Shown: one piece after another, positions 49,687-60,059 of the stretch
Layout: each line of letters begins with the position of its first letter
How positions within the stretch are numbered: the first letter of the stretch is position 1
Assembly: GCF_029227855.1 (NCBI RefSeq)
Contig: NZ_CP074356.1
Strand: one strand, 5' to 3'
Length of the DNA stretch: 64,000 bases
Source of the DNA: Escherichia coli
GTDB taxonomy: Bacteria > Pseudomonadota > Gammaproteobacteria > Enterobacterales > Enterobacteriaceae
Notes under the pieces: model-generated
Told to the model about the DNA's origin: nothing
Seen by the model: only the letters and a program-made list of their open reading frames with translations
Databases searched by the model: none
Position numbers and translations under genes: made by a program

Positions 49687-50745
49687 GTGCGTGCCGATAA
49701 GTCATTAAGCCCGTTTGAAATCCGGGTATACCGCCATTACCGCATTGTGCATGGTACTCGGGTCGCGCTGGCATTCCTGCTCACTTTTCTCATTATCCGC
49801 CTGTTTACTATCCCGGAAAGCACCTGGCCGCTGGTCACCATGGTGGTGATTATGGGGCCAATCTCGTTCTGGGGGAACGTTGTCCCTCGTGCCTTCGAAC
49901 GTATTGGCGGTACGGTGTTGGGGTCGATTTTAGGTCTTATCGCTCTACAACTGGAGTTAATCTCGTTACCGCTGATGTTAGTCTGGTGCGCGGCGGCCAT
50001 GTTCCTTTGCGGTTGGCTGGCGCTGGGTAAGAAACCGTATCAAGGTTTATTGATTGGGGTGACGCTGGCAATTGTTGTTGGTTCCCCGACAGGTGAAATT
50101 GATACGGCGTTATGGCGAAGCGGCGATGTGATCCTCGGCTCTTTACTGGCAATGTTGTTTACCGGTATCTGGCCACAACGGGCGTTCATCCACTGGCGCA
50201 TTCAACTGGCAAAAAGTCTGACCGAGTATAATCGGGTCTATCAATCTGCATTCTCACCGAACTTACTCGAACGCCCGCGTCTGGAAAGCCATCTACAAAA
50301 ACTCCTGACCGATGCCGTGAAAATGCGTGGGCTGATTGCGCCCGCCAGCAAAGAAACTCGTATTCCAAAATCGATATATGAAGGTATCCAGACCATTAAC
50401 CGCAATCTGGTTTGTATGCTGGAGTTGCAAATCAATGCATACTGGGCCACGCGCCCCAGCCATTTCGTGTTATTGAACGCGCAAAAACTTCGTGATACCC
50501 AGCACATGATGCAGCAAATACTGCTGAGCCTTGTTCATGCGCTGTACGAAGGTAATCCGCAGCCGGTTTTTTCCAATACGGAAAAATTGAACGATGCTGT
50601 GGAAGAGCTGCGTCTGTTGCTTAATAACCACCATGACCTGAAGGTTGTGGAAACACCAATCTATGGTTATGTGTGGCTGAACATGGAAACGGCGCATCAG
50701 CTTGAGTTGCTATCGAATCTGATTTGCCGGGCCTTGCGCAAATAA
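49687..50745 (+). CDS. yeeA: Inner membrane protein YeeA (FUSC-like)
   Basis: 352 aa; GTG start; hydrophobic N-half. Confidence 0.88.
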   Translation: MRADKSLSPFEIRVYRHYRIVHGTRVALAFLLTFLIIRLFTIPESTWPLVTMVVIMGPISFWGNVVPRAFERIGGTVLGSILGLIALQLELISLPLMLVWCAAAMFLCGWLALGKKPYQGLLIGVTLAIVVGSPTGEIDTALWRSGDVILGSLLAMLFTGIWPQRAFIHWRIQLAKSLTEYNRVYQSAFSPNLLERPRLESHLQKLLTDAVKMRGLIAPASKETRIPKSIYEGIQTINRNLVCMLELQINAYWATRPSHFVLLNAQKLRDTQHMMQQILLSLVHALYEGNPQPVFSNTEKLNDAVEELRLLLNNHHDLKVVETPIYGYVWLNMETAHQLELLSNLICRALRK

Positions 50746-50916
50746 TTCCTGAACTTCAGAATCATCTTGCTGCTGCTTCGATTCAGCAAGGATAAAGGGT
50801 ATGATAGTGAAAAGGGATAAAAGCATTGTCATCTGCGGCAGCTATGAGTAATGTTGGCCCTATCGAATAGCGGTTGCTTAAACGAATCCGACTCTCACAT
50901 TATCAGGGGTATAAAA

Positions 50917-51246
50917 ATGGAAACTACCAAGCCTTCATTCCAGGACGTACTGGAATTTGTTCGTCTGTTCCGTCGTAAGAACAAACTGCAACGTGAAATT
51001 CAGGACGTTGAGAAAAAGATCCGTGACAATCAGAAGCGCGTCCTGCTGCTGGACAACCTGAGTGATTACATCAAGCCGGGGATGAGCGTTGAAGCAATCC
51101 AGGGCATCATCGCCAGCATGAAAGGTGACTATGAAGATCGTGTTGACGATTACATCATCAAAAATGCCGAGCTCTCCAAAGAACGCCGCGATATCTCCAA
51201 AAAGCTGAAAGCTATGGGCGAAATGAAAAACGGCGAAGCGAAGTAA
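50917..51246 (+). CDS. yeeX: UPF0265/DUF496 protein YeeX
   Basis: 109 aa from [41 protein letters not shown]; the ORF track start at 50851 is an extension. Confidence 0.92.
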   Translation: METTKPSFQDVLEFVRLFRRKNKLQREIQDVEKKIRDNQKRVLLLDNLSDYIKPGMSVEAIQGIIASMKGDYEDRVDDYIIKNAELSKERRDISKKLKAMGEMKNGEAK

Positions 51247-51258
51247 TTCCTGTTTTAT

Positions 51259-51300
51259 TCAATGAGGGTTGCCCGGCAACCCTCATTGCTCATTGTTTCT
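51259..51300. terminator. Terminator hairpin between convergent yeeX and pduV
   Basis: aatgagggttgcc-cggcaaccctcatt perfect inverted repeat followed by a T-rich stretch on the plus strand. Confidence 0.65.
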
Positions 51301-51346
51301 TTTCTGTGTATCACCGTCATCATTCCCATCTGATAACCTATTGAAA

Positions 51347-51790
51347 TTAGCGACAGCCTTCTTCTGTATGCAGCAAGGCAAAAAGTTCTGCAACTCCATT
51401 GTTATTAACCGCACTGGTTACTAACACATTGTGCGCTCCAGCTTCCCGTAACCAACTTTTCACCAAAGATATTTGTTCCATGCTGGCTAAATCTGCTTTG
51501 GTGACTACTCCAATGACCGGGCGATTCATTGACGAGGTAAAGCCTGGCGAAAAAGGGGACCACGGTGCGTCCGCATTAAGCACCAGGGCGATAATGTCCG
51601 CTTCGCAGGCGCTGACCAACAGAGCACTGTAGAGGCTGCGGTTTTCGAGGTATTCGCCTGGTGTATCAATGGTGGTCGGGGACCAGACGATTGCCTGCGT
51701 TTTCTGATAATGAATATTTTCGCCACGCAGACATTGCGTGAGTGACGTTTTTCCGCACTGGCTGGGGCCGATGAGCATCATACGTTGCAT
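51347..51790 (-). CDS. pduV: PduV, EutP/PduV-family small GTPase associated with the Pdu microcompartment
   Basis: 147 aa; P-loop [10 protein letters not shown]; matches recalled Salmonella PduV. Confidence 0.88.
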   Translation of the reverse strand: MQRMMLIGPSQCGKTSLTQCLRGENIHYQKTQAIVWSPTTIDTPGEYLENRSLYSALLVSACEADIIALVLNADAPWSPFSPGFTSSMNRPVIGVVTKADLASMEQISLVKSWLREAGAHNVLVTSAVNNNGVAELFALLHTEEGCR

Positions 51791-51794
51791 AACG

Positions 51795-52145
51795 TCAGGT
51801 CCGCGTAATGGGGCAGGCGGTAAAGCGCATCATTTCACCCAGCGTACGGGTAACCTGGCTAAGTGCATATTCAATGGCAGAAACATCACCAGTCAGCACT
51901 ACGGCACCGGTAAAACGATCAAGAAAACCGATCTCTACAGCGCCTGATTTTGTGGCGATATCACATGCGATGATAGATGCTTCGCTGGGGGTAATTGTCA
52001 GAATGCCAATAGCAGAAACGGTGTCTGGTAAACCCAATTTCTTAAACAGATCCTTCCCTGGATTGGCGATGACATGTGCCAGCGTGACCTGCTTACCAGG
52101 GACATATTCCTGAATCATCCGTTCAGTTGTGTGCTGAGTTGTCAT
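51795..52145 (-). CDS. pduU: PduU, BMC shell protein (circularly permuted BMC domain)
   Basis: 116 aa from [32 protein letters not shown]; near-identical to recalled Salmonella PduU. Confidence 0.9.
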   Translation of the reverse strand: MTTQHTTERMIQEYVPGKQVTLAHVIANPGKDLFKKLGLPDTVSAIGILTITPSEASIIACDIATKSGAVEIGFLDRFTGAVVLTGDVSAIEYALSQVTRTLGEMMRFTACPITRT

Positions 52146-52699
52146 TATCCCTCCACCATCTGACGCCACATGGCTTCATGTGGACGGGCAATCACCGACC
52201 GATAGACCAACAAACCTTTTTCTCCCGCACGCTCGCTGGCGACAGAGACCGCGTTATTAACATCTGAAATATCGCCAGCAACCACCATGTAGCATTTACC
52301 GCCAATGCCAAAAGCCATATGCACGCGAACAAGAATGACATTCGCAGCTTTGACAGCACAATCGGCAGCGTCAATGCAGGCGGCGACACTCCAGGTTTCG
52401 ACTACGCCGACAGCCCGGTGCTGTTCAACTTGGTTCAGTCCGCTGGTTGCAGAAAGGAGGCTGGGATGAATATTCGGCAGGACAAGACTGTCGACCAGCA
52501 TTTCACCAGCAAGGGAAGCACCGCTGTTGATGGCCTGTTGCACCGCGCCCACATCGCCACCGAGCATCAGCAGAAATTTTCCGGGGCATAGCGTTTTGCT
52601 GACCAGTAACTCAACGTTGGCGCTTTTCAGCATGGCGTCGCCGGTTTCCATCCCTTTCGCGATACTGCTAAGTTCTAAAATACCTACCGCTTTCGACAT
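52145..52699 (-). CDS. pduT: PduT, tandem-BMC-domain shell protein
   Basis: 184 aa with two BMC domains; [29 protein letters not shown]. Confidence 0.9.
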   Translation of the reverse strand: MSKAVGILELSSIAKGMETGDAMLKSANVELLVSKTLCPGKFLLMLGGDVGAVQQAINSGASLAGEMLVDSLVLPNIHPSLLSATSGLNQVEQHRAVGVVETWSVAACIDAADCAVKAANVILVRVHMAFGIGGKCYMVVAGDISDVNNAVSVASERAGEKGLLVYRSVIARPHEAMWRQMVEG

Positions 52700-52701
52700 C
52701 G

Positions 52702-54045
52702 TTAACCTCTCACAAGCGTAATCGCGTTTTCTGTCACATCGCTGACCATGCCATCAATACTGGCATGAATGGGGGCACCTAATGTGCCGTGTGGAATTTG
52801 ACCTACACATTGCCCATGAACGACGCGATCGCCTTTTTGTACACACGCAATTGCGCTGGCACCGATGTGCTGGCGTAACAATAACGTCACTTTTTCGGTC
52901 TGAGGCACCTGTTCAGACAATGGCGCATCCTGATACCACGGGGTTAAGCCAAGTCTGGTTACCAGCCGTTTTACGGGAATCAGTCGATAATTTGCCATGG
53001 GATCTGCAGGATTTAAGGTACCTTCGTAACGGAGATTTTGTGCGCGTAATTCTTGCTTAAGCAGGCGGTTTATGCGCATTGGTGAAATTCCTACCGGACA
53101 GGCGACGCTGGCGCAGACGTTGCACTCCGAACAGGTGAGCGCCGTCAGTAACAGTTGTGGCGTAGCGAGCTGTTGGTAGTTAACCGCACGTACTAATAAA
53201 TGGGGTGCCAGTTCGTGACCGATTAAATGACGTGGGCAGAGATCGGTACACAAGCGGCATTGCTCACAAACAGTTTTCGCGACGGCAAGTACGCTGCGGT
53301 CATTCTGCATTCGACGTTGGATCAGTGAATGAGAGTTGGGTAAAACCAGCAAGCCGCCAGTGGTTTTGCTGACTGGTGTGTCGAGCGATGTGATCAAACT
53401 TCCCATCATCGGCCCGCCATTGATAAAACCAGGAGCATCCACTGTTGCGCCGCCCGCCAGCGCCAGGACTTCACGTAAAGACATGCCGATGGGGACGGTT
53501 ACCGTTATTGGTTTCGCCACTGCACCATTAACGGTGAGTGTGCGGCGCGTCACTGGATACTGTTGCTCGACGGCTCTGGCAATATTAAGTACGGTTTGAA
53601 CATTATTGACCACCACACCGACGTTAACGGGTAATGCAGCGGGTGGAACACGGCGACCAGTTGCCATCCAGATGGTCAGCACTTCGTCTCCTGCGGGGTA
53701 AACGTCGGGCAAAATATGCAGGCGGATATCCGGTGGTAACAGTGGTGTGAGTGCGTTTATTGCCCGTTGATATTTCTCTTTCAGCGCGATGATTCCGCTA
53801 CTGGCCCCGGTGGCTTTCATCGCATAGTGAACACCGCGAAGCAGGCGGCTGGCTTGCTGCGCCATTAACTGTTGATCCACTTTCAACATTGGTTCGCATT
53901 CCGCCGCATTCACCAGGAACGTGTCAACACGCGCTTGTAGCTTAATATGGGTTGGGAAACCTGCGCCGCCAGCACCCACGACACCAGCTGCCTGTACTCG
54001 CTCGCGGATGGTCTGGTCGTCGCAGGAGGTTAACTCGACGTTCAT
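52702..54045 (-). CDS. pduS: PduS, cobalamin reductase (RnfC/NuoF-like flavoprotein with two 4Fe-4S motifs)
   Basis: 447 aa; GAGGAGFP nucleotide-binding motif; Cys clusters [12 protein letters not shown] and [13 protein letters not shown]. Confidence 0.9.
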   Translation of the reverse strand: MNVELTSCDDQTIRERVQAAGVVGAGGAGFPTHIKLQARVDTFLVNAAECEPMLKVDQQLMAQQASRLLRGVHYAMKATGASSGIIALKEKYQRAINALTPLLPPDIRLHILPDVYPAGDEVLTIWMATGRRVPPAALPVNVGVVVNNVQTVLNIARAVEQQYPVTRRTLTVNGAVAKPITVTVPIGMSLREVLALAGGATVDAPGFINGGPMMGSLITSLDTPVSKTTGGLLVLPNSHSLIQRRMQNDRSVLAVAKTVCEQCRLCTDLCPRHLIGHELAPHLLVRAVNYQQLATPQLLLTALTCSECNVCASVACPVGISPMRINRLLKQELRAQNLRYEGTLNPADPMANYRLIPVKRLVTRLGLTPWYQDAPLSEQVPQTEKVTLLLRQHIGASAIACVQKGDRVVHGQCVGQIPHGTLGAPIHASIDGMVSDVTENAITLVRG

Positions 54046-55154
54046 AACAACTCCTCGAGCAGTTCTGCAATAGCGGTGGCATCAGCCGTACGCGGGTTGG
54101 TACGCAACGTTGCATCCGCCAGTGCCGCCTGAACCATATCTGGTATGCGTATTGACCATTCTGCTTTTTTTTCTTTCAGCACATTGGTAAGAGTCGGTAG
54201 CTTACAGGTTGTTTTAAGCTGTTCAATATGTTGAATAAGTATATTCAGGCTGGCGGTGTCATTGGCGTTGTCCGGGCATAAATGGCACGTTTTCGCCAGC
54301 CGGGCGTAGCGTTTGGCAGCGCGCGGATCGCCAGCATTAAAGCGGATAACCGCCGTGAGCAGGAGCGCATTCGCCAGGCCGTGTGGCAGATGAAACTGTC
54401 CGCCGAGTTGATGAGCAATTGCATGGTTTAATCCCAGTCCAGCTTGGCTAAAGGCCATTCCTGCAAGTGTCGATGCATTATGCATTTTGCCACGGGTGGC
54501 GAGACAATCGCCTTTCTTCACTGCAGTGGGCAGGTATTGAAAAACAATTTGCACGGCTTTTTCGACCAGTGCATCCGTGAAGTCGCTGGCGCGGGGAGAA
54601 ACATAAGCTTCAAGCGCATGGGTTAAAACATCCATCCCGGTATTGGCCGTTATCGCCGGTGGCACGCTGACGATCAGAGATGGATCAAGGATCGCGATAT
54701 CCGGATAAAGTGCATTATCGAAAAGGGGATATTTAATCCCTTTCTCAGGATCGCTGATGACACAAGCACTGGTCACTTCGGAACCGGTACCGCTGGTGGT
54801 AGGAATGGCTACGCAGGTTTCAATTTCAATGCCACACTGGCGACCGAACCAGACAATCGCTTTTGCGGCGTCCAGGGCAGAACCGCCGCCAAAACCGATA
54901 ACCACATCCGGGCGTAAAGTCTGCATTTGCGCAATGCCTTTCACCACGGTCTGGATAGTTGGGTCGGGCGTTATTTCGCTAAAAATACTAAGACGATTAC
55001 TGTCGGGCAGCGCCTGATGCAACGTGTTAATGAGTGGTGAGCGTGCCAGAAAGACGTCGCAAATAATCCAGATGTGTTTATGAGAGAAACGGCTAAGTAC
55101 CTTGAGACTTCCCGGTCCGCTGTATAAACGCGTCTGCAGTGAAAAAGTATTCAT
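54042..55154 (-). CDS. pduQ: PduQ, iron-containing 1-propanol dehydrogenase
   Basis: 370 aa; Fe-ADH family glycine-rich region GFGGGSALDAAKA. Confidence 0.9.
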   Translation of the reverse strand: MNTFSLQTRLYSGPGSLKVLSRFSHKHIWIICDVFLARSPLINTLHQALPDSNRLSIFSEITPDPTIQTVVKGIAQMQTLRPDVVIGFGGGSALDAAKAIVWFGRQCGIEIETCVAIPTTSGTGSEVTSACVISDPEKGIKYPLFDNALYPDIAILDPSLIVSVPPAITANTGMDVLTHALEAYVSPRASDFTDALVEKAVQIVFQYLPTAVKKGDCLATRGKMHNASTLAGMAFSQAGLGLNHAIAHQLGGQFHLPHGLANALLLTAVIRFNAGDPRAAKRYARLAKTCHLCPDNANDTASLNILIQHIEQLKTTCKLPTLTNVLKEKKAEWSIRIPDMVQAALADATLRTNPRTADATAIAELLEELL

Positions 55155-55164
55155 TTCCGTTTCT

Positions 55165-56550
55165 CTAGCGAATTGAAAAGCCGCTGGTTAACACGCAGCG
55201 TCGTGAGCGGGCAAAAGTCCGTGCTGACGTTGTCCCTTCTCCGGTCGGTGTTGCAATGGTAAAGGTCGTAAAGCCTTCGCCGCCGACGCCAATACCCGCC
55301 CAGGAGGGGCCGTTTTTGACAAAGATTGAGGTTTGCATAACGCGTGCGGTAAGGTTGAGCCGTGAGACGTTCTGCGAGTGCATAATTGCCGTGTGGTGCA
55401 AGCCGTCTTCCACTTTCAGCGCCAGGGTGAGAGCGCTATCAAAATCGTTGACCTTCACAATGGGCAGCATTGGCATCAGTTGTTCACAAGTAACCCAACT
55501 ATCATTGGCGTCGACAACAGCAATCAGTAGGCGCGGCGCTTTTGCGGGCAAAGGGAGGCCTGCCGCTTCCAGCAAGGCTGATGGGCTTTTCCCAACCAGT
55601 TTTTTGTTGGCGCTACCGTCTGGCAGGCAAATTGCACGCAATTTCTCCGTTTGCTCATAGTTAAGAAGAAGCGCGCCAAAACTTTGCATCTGCTGAATTA
55701 AATAATCTGCCACTGATGCCACGACAATCAGGCTTTTTTCAGCAATACACGGCAGGTTGTAATCAAATGAAGCGCCGTTGATGATGTCCTCGGCGGCTTT
55801 CACAATATCCGCCGTTTCATCGACGATGCACGGAGGGTTACCCGCTCCGGCACCAATCACTTTCTTGCCACTTTTCATTCCCATGGCGACGATCCCCGGA
55901 CCGCCGGTAATCGCCAGAACGCTGATTTTAGGGTGCGCCATCATCTGTTCGGTTGCAGCAAAGGTCGGTTCAGATACGGTAACGATCAGGTTATGAATGC
56001 CACTACAACGAAACGCGATGTCTTCGATTGTGGTAATCAGTTTTAACGAAACGTATTTGGCTCCCGGGTGTGGACTGAAGTAGACGCTATTACCTGCTGC
56101 CAGCATGCTGATGCTGTTGTTAATGATGGTTTCCGTGGGGTTGGTGCTTGGCGTGACCGAGCCAATAACCCCAAACGGGGAGTATTCAAACAAAACCATG
56201 CCACCATCACCGGTTAGTGCAGTGGTGGTTAAATCTTCAATTCCTGGCGTGTTATCAAGTGCCGCTTTGTTTTTTAGGTACTTATCTTCTTTATTTCCCA
56301 TCCCCGTTTCTTTGGCGCTTTCTTCTGCCAGTTCGGTCAGGCGGGGTATTAATTCTTCGCGAATGGCGCTGATAATGGCGCTACGGGTTTTAAGCGGGCA
56401 CTGTTGAAAGCGTAAAAAGGCCTGGTGTGCTGCGCAGACCGCTTCATCAACAGTCTGGAAAATAGCGTTTCTTTGCATTCGTTGCGTAGCGGGGGCAAGC
56501 TGCTCACGCAGAATATTGCGGATCAGTGTTTCTAATTCAGAGTTATTCAT
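55165..56550 (-). CDS. pduP: PduP, CoA-acylating propionaldehyde dehydrogenase
   Basis: 461 aa aldehyde dehydrogenase with N-terminal amphipathic extension MNNSELETLIRNILREQL. Confidence 0.92.
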   Translation of the reverse strand: MNNSELETLIRNILREQLAPATQRMQRNAIFQTVDEAVCAAHQAFLRFQQCPLKTRSAIISAIREELIPRLTELAEESAKETGMGNKEDKYLKNKAALDNTPGIEDLTTTALTGDGGMVLFEYSPFGVIGSVTPSTNPTETIINNSISMLAAGNSVYFSPHPGAKYVSLKLITTIEDIAFRCSGIHNLIVTVSEPTFAATEQMMAHPKISVLAITGGPGIVAMGMKSGKKVIGAGAGNPPCIVDETADIVKAAEDIINGASFDYNLPCIAEKSLIVVASVADYLIQQMQSFGALLLNYEQTEKLRAICLPDGSANKKLVGKSPSALLEAAGLPLPAKAPRLLIAVVDANDSWVTCEQLMPMLPIVKVNDFDSALTLALKVEDGLHHTAIMHSQNVSRLNLTARVMQTSIFVKNGPSWAGIGVGGEGFTTFTIATPTGEGTTSARTFARSRRCVLTSGFSIR

Positions 56551-57554
56551 TGGTTTACTCCCACGTTAATTGCCGCCATTGCGCTTTGGGCAATATCCAT
56601 GTCTTGTTCAACGCTACCACCGCTGATGCCAAGCCCCCCGAGCAATATTCCGTCACGCCAGAGGGGGAAGCCGCCACCAAAGGTGACGACTTTGCCTTGC
56701 ATATGGCTTTCGAGCCCGTAAAGCGGCGCGCCGGGTTGCACGGTATCAGCAAGTTTGTGGGTTGCCGTTTTCATCGCCACGGCAGTCCAGGCTTTTTTCG
56801 GTGCCAGTTCACTGCTGACCAACAGGGCATCAGGCATCCGCCAGGTAACACTTTCTGTTCCGTTGGCATCAACAATGCTGATGACAACGGGAATATGCAG
56901 TTCATCCGCGCGCATTGCCGCACTACGAATGAGCTGGTGAAGATCCTGAAAAGTGAGCGGCATTGTGCGTTCCTTCAATGCTGGTGTGTGGTTGGCTTTG
57001 TGATAACGTTTTGTGATTTCCTGAATTATCAGGTTTTGATGAGCGACGTTGTCTTCCACGCGGGCGAGGGCATACAGGCAATCGGAAAGTCGGTTGATAT
57101 AGTGCAGCAAAACATTCCGGACGGTGATTTCCGTTGTCAGTTCAACCAGACGTCTTTCAGCACGTCGAGCCACCGTGCGGGCGAAATGCATACGGCTTGC
57201 AGCTTCACATCGCCCAGGCAGAATGAAGCTGTGAACTGGGGGGACGGCGTTCATTGCGCTATCGATCGCGTTTTCCAGCGCGGCAATTTCTTCCGTACCG
57301 ATGTAACGCAGCTGCGCTGACGGCTGTTCGCTTTCACTGGCAAGTTCGGCGCTAAACCAAAATATCTGTTGTTGAATGGCTTCCAGTAAGATGCGATGGC
57401 TTTCGATGGCGGTGGCGCAATAACACAGACTGAGTGTCGCGTTCAGTTCATCCAGCGTGCCATAGGTTTCGACACGTAGATGAGTTTTGCTGACGCGCTG
57501 TCCGGTAAATAAAGACGTACTTCCTGAATCACCTGTTCGGGTATAAATTGCCAT
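56547..57554 (-). CDS. pduO: PduO, ATP:cob(I)alamin adenosyltransferase with C-terminal DUF336 domain
   Basis: 335 aa; MAIYTRTGDSGSTSLFTGQRVSK N-terminus typical of PduO-type ATR. Confidence 0.92.
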   Translation of the reverse strand: MAIYTRTGDSGSTSLFTGQRVSKTHLRVETYGTLDELNATLSLCYCATAIESHRILLEAIQQQIFWFSAELASESEQPSAQLRYIGTEEIAALENAIDSAMNAVPPVHSFILPGRCEAASRMHFARTVARRAERRLVELTTEITVRNVLLHYINRLSDCLYALARVEDNVAHQNLIIQEITKRYHKANHTPALKERTMPLTFQDLHQLIRSAAMRADELHIPVVISIVDANGTESVTWRMPDALLVSSELAPKKAWTAVAMKTATHKLADTVQPGAPLYGLESHMQGKVVTFGGGFPLWRDGILLGGLGISGGSVEQDMDIAQSAMAAINVGVNQ

Positions 57555-57565
57555 CTTTCAGCTCC

Positions 57566-57841
57566 TTAGCGCGAAAGCGTATCGACAATGCCGACCACTG
57601 CCAGGTCGATGGCCTCGTTAGGGCCGGAAAACACATGTCTGGCGCTGGAACCACTGCTGAGGAGTACCAACTCACCAACGCCTGCGCCGACTGAATCAAC
57701 GGCAACTTCGTCGCCGGTTAATGGCGTGAGAGGCAGTTCGCCGTCAGCACTGACCCGGCGAACCAGCAGCAGTTTTTTCCCGATCAGAGATGGTGATTTT
57801 TGCGTGGATACTACCGCGCCAGTGACTCGAGCCAGATGCAT
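57566..57841 (-). CDS. pduN: PduN, BMC vertex (pentamer) protein of the EutN/CcmL family
   Basis: 91 aa; [17 protein letters not shown]. Confidence 0.9.
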   Translation of the reverse strand: MHLARVTGAVVSTQKSPSLIGKKLLLVRRVSADGELPLTPLTGDEVAVDSVGAGVGELVLLSSGSSARHVFSGPNEAIDLAVVGIVDTLSR

Positions 57842-57844
57842 AGG

Positions 57845-58336
57845 TTACTCCTGCCTAATTAACTGAATATTTCGGGTAATTGCCGCTTCACGAGCCAGTG
57901 CGGTCACACAACATTTCCGCTGTAACACCAGTATTCCCGAGCTTAACTGTGCGATATCGGCATAACTTAAAAGTCGATCACGATGAAGGTAGATCGGTTG
58001 CCCTTGTTCGTCGCACCAGCTTAGCGGTAGACGGGCGAGAGTCTTCAATTCAATGGCGTTCAGGAAATGACGCTGCAACGACAATTGAATGTGCATTCCC
58101 CAGGCTAACGCTTCGTGTATCTGGATTGCTGCTCGATCTGACGTTTCGTTCTCCGCAAGTTGTCGCAGCAGCGGCAGATCGACATATCGGATTTGTAATG
58201 ACGCATACTGATGAACGCTCTCTTGAACGCTGGCGTCTCGCAGTTGAAAAACAGTCAGCACGAGTGCTTTTCTCGCACGTTGTTTAAGGCGAAAAACCAC
58301 CTCGTCAACAATACGTTGCATCAGCATGTTATTCAT
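57845..58336 (-). CDS. pduM: PduM, microcompartment structural protein
   Basis: 163 aa; position between pduL and pduN; length matches recalled Salmonella PduM. Confidence 0.8.
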   Translation of the reverse strand: MNNMLMQRIVDEVVFRLKQRARKALVLTVFQLRDASVQESVHQYASLQIRYVDLPLLRQLAENETSDRAAIQIHEALAWGMHIQLSLQRHFLNAIELKTLARLPLSWCDEQGQPIYLHRDRLLSYADIAQLSSGILVLQRKCCVTALAREAAITRNIQLIRQE

Positions 58337-58965
58337 GGCACTGACACCAGTGTGGCAAAAACGTCAGGGCTATCAGCGCCTGCGGCGTTGGCCTCATCGG
58401 TATCAATATGCATTTCAAGACGCATATCCGGAGAGACGCGAACAGCGACGTTTTCGAATATCAGTCGTCGCTCACCACCTTCAATGGCAACCGCCACTTT
58501 ATCGCCATGCGTAACGCCATAAATCAGGGCATCCAGCGGAGACATATGAATATGCCGTTGCGCGACAATGACGCCAGATGTGATCTCCAGTTCCGCAAAT
58601 GGGCTTATCAAACGAATCCCCGGAGTGCCGCTGAGATCGCCTGACATGCGTAGCGGGGCGGTGATCCCTAACGTTCTGGCGTCCGTCCGGGAAATTTCCA
58701 CCTGGCTTGCATTGCGTAGCGGCCCCAACAAGCGAACGTTGTGCAATTTGCCTTTTGGTCCCTCCAGCGTAACAACCTGTTCAGCAGCGAATTGGCCAGG
58801 TTGCATTAACGGCTTTTTCTCGCTAATCGGTTGTTCAGGAAAAAGACGCAAATAATCCGCTGTTGAAAGATGAATATGGCGACTGGAAACGCCCAGTGGG
58901 ATAGGGCGCTCGCGCATCTCATCCAGAATCTGGCTCACTGTTTCCTGCAGGGTTTGTTTATCCAC
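58333..58965 (-). CDS. pduL: PduL, phosphate propanoyltransferase
   Basis: 210 aa; N-terminal MDKQTLQETVSQILDEM amphipathic peptide followed by PduL/EutD-type domain. Confidence 0.9.
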   Translation of the reverse strand: MDKQTLQETVSQILDEMRERPIPLGVSSRHIHLSTADYLRLFPEQPISEKKPLMQPGQFAAEQVVTLEGPKGKLHNVRLLGPLRNASQVEISRTDARTLGITAPLRMSGDLSGTPGIRLISPFAELEITSGVIVAQRHIHMSPLDALIYGVTHGDKVAVAIEGGERRLIFENVAVRVSPDMRLEMHIDTDEANAAGADSPDVFATLVSVP

Positions 58966-58967
58966 TG

Positions 58968-59390
58968 CTACTCCCCTCGCTTATTGGCGTACAGGCAAAG
59001 TGAGCGGGGCTCACCTTTTTGCCGCTGACATGCCGGGTCAAGACACAAATTACAACTGATAATCTCTGAGGTGACGGTTGTTGCTGGTGTTTTGCTTGTT
59101 TCAACCGTCACGGTCAATGCTTCAATTGTGTGGGGCAGAATGCCGTCTCCCGGGCGGGCAATCACTTTGTGTGCGACAAGGCCATTTCGCTGTCCGGCGA
59201 AACTGGCTCCCGTCGCGATCGCCGCATTAACCGAGGCGACGTCACCGGTGATTTTGATGAGCGTCCAGCCTGAGCCATTGGTCTTCTCAAGGCCAACCAG
59301 CGTGATGGACGCGGCTTTTGCCATAGCGTCTGCGCAACTGATGGCGAGAGCCAGACCACTGACTTCAAGTAATCCCAGTGATTGCTTCAC
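58968..59390 (-). CDS. pduK: PduK, BMC shell protein with Cys-rich C-terminal extension
   Basis: 140 aa; N-terminal BMC domain MKQSLGLLEVSGLALAISCADAMAKAA; C-terminal CNLCLDPAC...C. Confidence 0.88.
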   Translation of the reverse strand: MKQSLGLLEVSGLALAISCADAMAKAASITLVGLEKTNGSGWTLIKITGDVASVNAAIATGASFAGQRNGLVAHKVIARPGDGILPHTIEALTVTVETSKTPATTVTSEIISCNLCLDPACQRQKGEPRSLCLYANKRGE

Positions 59391-59413
59391 GCTGTGCTCC
59401 TTAGCGAATGGGG

Positions 59414-59689
59414 TTATGCTGATTTAGGTAAAATAGCCTCAACATCACTGTGTGGGCGCGGGATGACATGGCAGGATTTCACTTCGCCAACGGCGCTTGC
59501 GGCGGCGCTTCCTGCATCAACGGCGGCTTTTACTGCGCCAACATCGCCACGGACCATCACCGTAATCAGACCCGAACCAATCTTTTCATAGCCAACCAGC
59601 TGCACGTTGGCGGATTTAACCATGGCATCTGCAGCTTCAATTGCGCCAACTAACCCTTTTGTTTCAACCAGTCCTAGTGCGTTGTTCAT
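59414..59689 (-). CDS. pduJ: PduJ, major BMC hexamer shell protein
   Basis: 91 aa; [40 protein letters not shown]. Confidence 0.9.
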   Translation of the reverse strand: MNNALGLVETKGLVGAIEAADAMVKSANVQLVGYEKIGSGLITVMVRGDVGAVKAAVDAGSAAASAVGEVKSCHVIPRPHSDVEAILPKSA

Positions 59690-59708
59690 ACTGCATTTCT
59701 CCTGTGGA

Positions 59709-60059
59709 TTATGAGTGGAGTTCCCGGAAGGGAATCCCTTTTACCAGGCGGGCAGCGTTAGAGCCAATGCTGCGCCGGGCATGGTTATCTTGTTGATACA
59801 TCAGCGTAAACAGTGGCGCTGATGCCGGTAAGTTTTTGTAATGCACAATCAGTTTTTCCTGATCGCAGGCAATGCCAACCAACAGGGGAGATTGACTAGC
59901 AGCCAGCCAGGCGCTATCGATAACTTCACCTGACGGAATGTGTTGAATGCGAAAGGGAATACCTTCCTCTTCAATGCCAAGAAGCACCTCATCCCATATA
60001 GTGATGCAGTTACCGATCTCCATGACGACGATGGCTGGTGCACGCTCTTTACTTTCCAT
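59709..60059 (-). CDS. pduH: PduH, diol dehydratase reactivase small subunit
   Basis: 116 aa; start overlaps the pduG stop; position after pduG. Confidence 0.85.
   Translation of the reverse strand: MESKERAPAIVVMEIGNCITIWDEVLLGIEEEGIPFRIQHIPSGEVIDSAWLAASQSPLLVGIACDQEKLIVHYKNLPASAPLFTLMYQQDNHARRSIGSNAARLVKGIPFRELHS

Noticed and set aside
50746-51346. Looked for remnants of the CP4-44 cryptic prophage or an integrase/att site next to yeeX, as in E. coli K-12
   Set aside because: No phage-like ORFs or repeats are present; yeeX is followed directly by a terminator and pduV.
56526-57320. 264-aa plus-strand ORF across pduP/pduO
   Set aside because: Antisense to the tightly packed pdu operon; no start context; the sense-strand genes are strongly supported.
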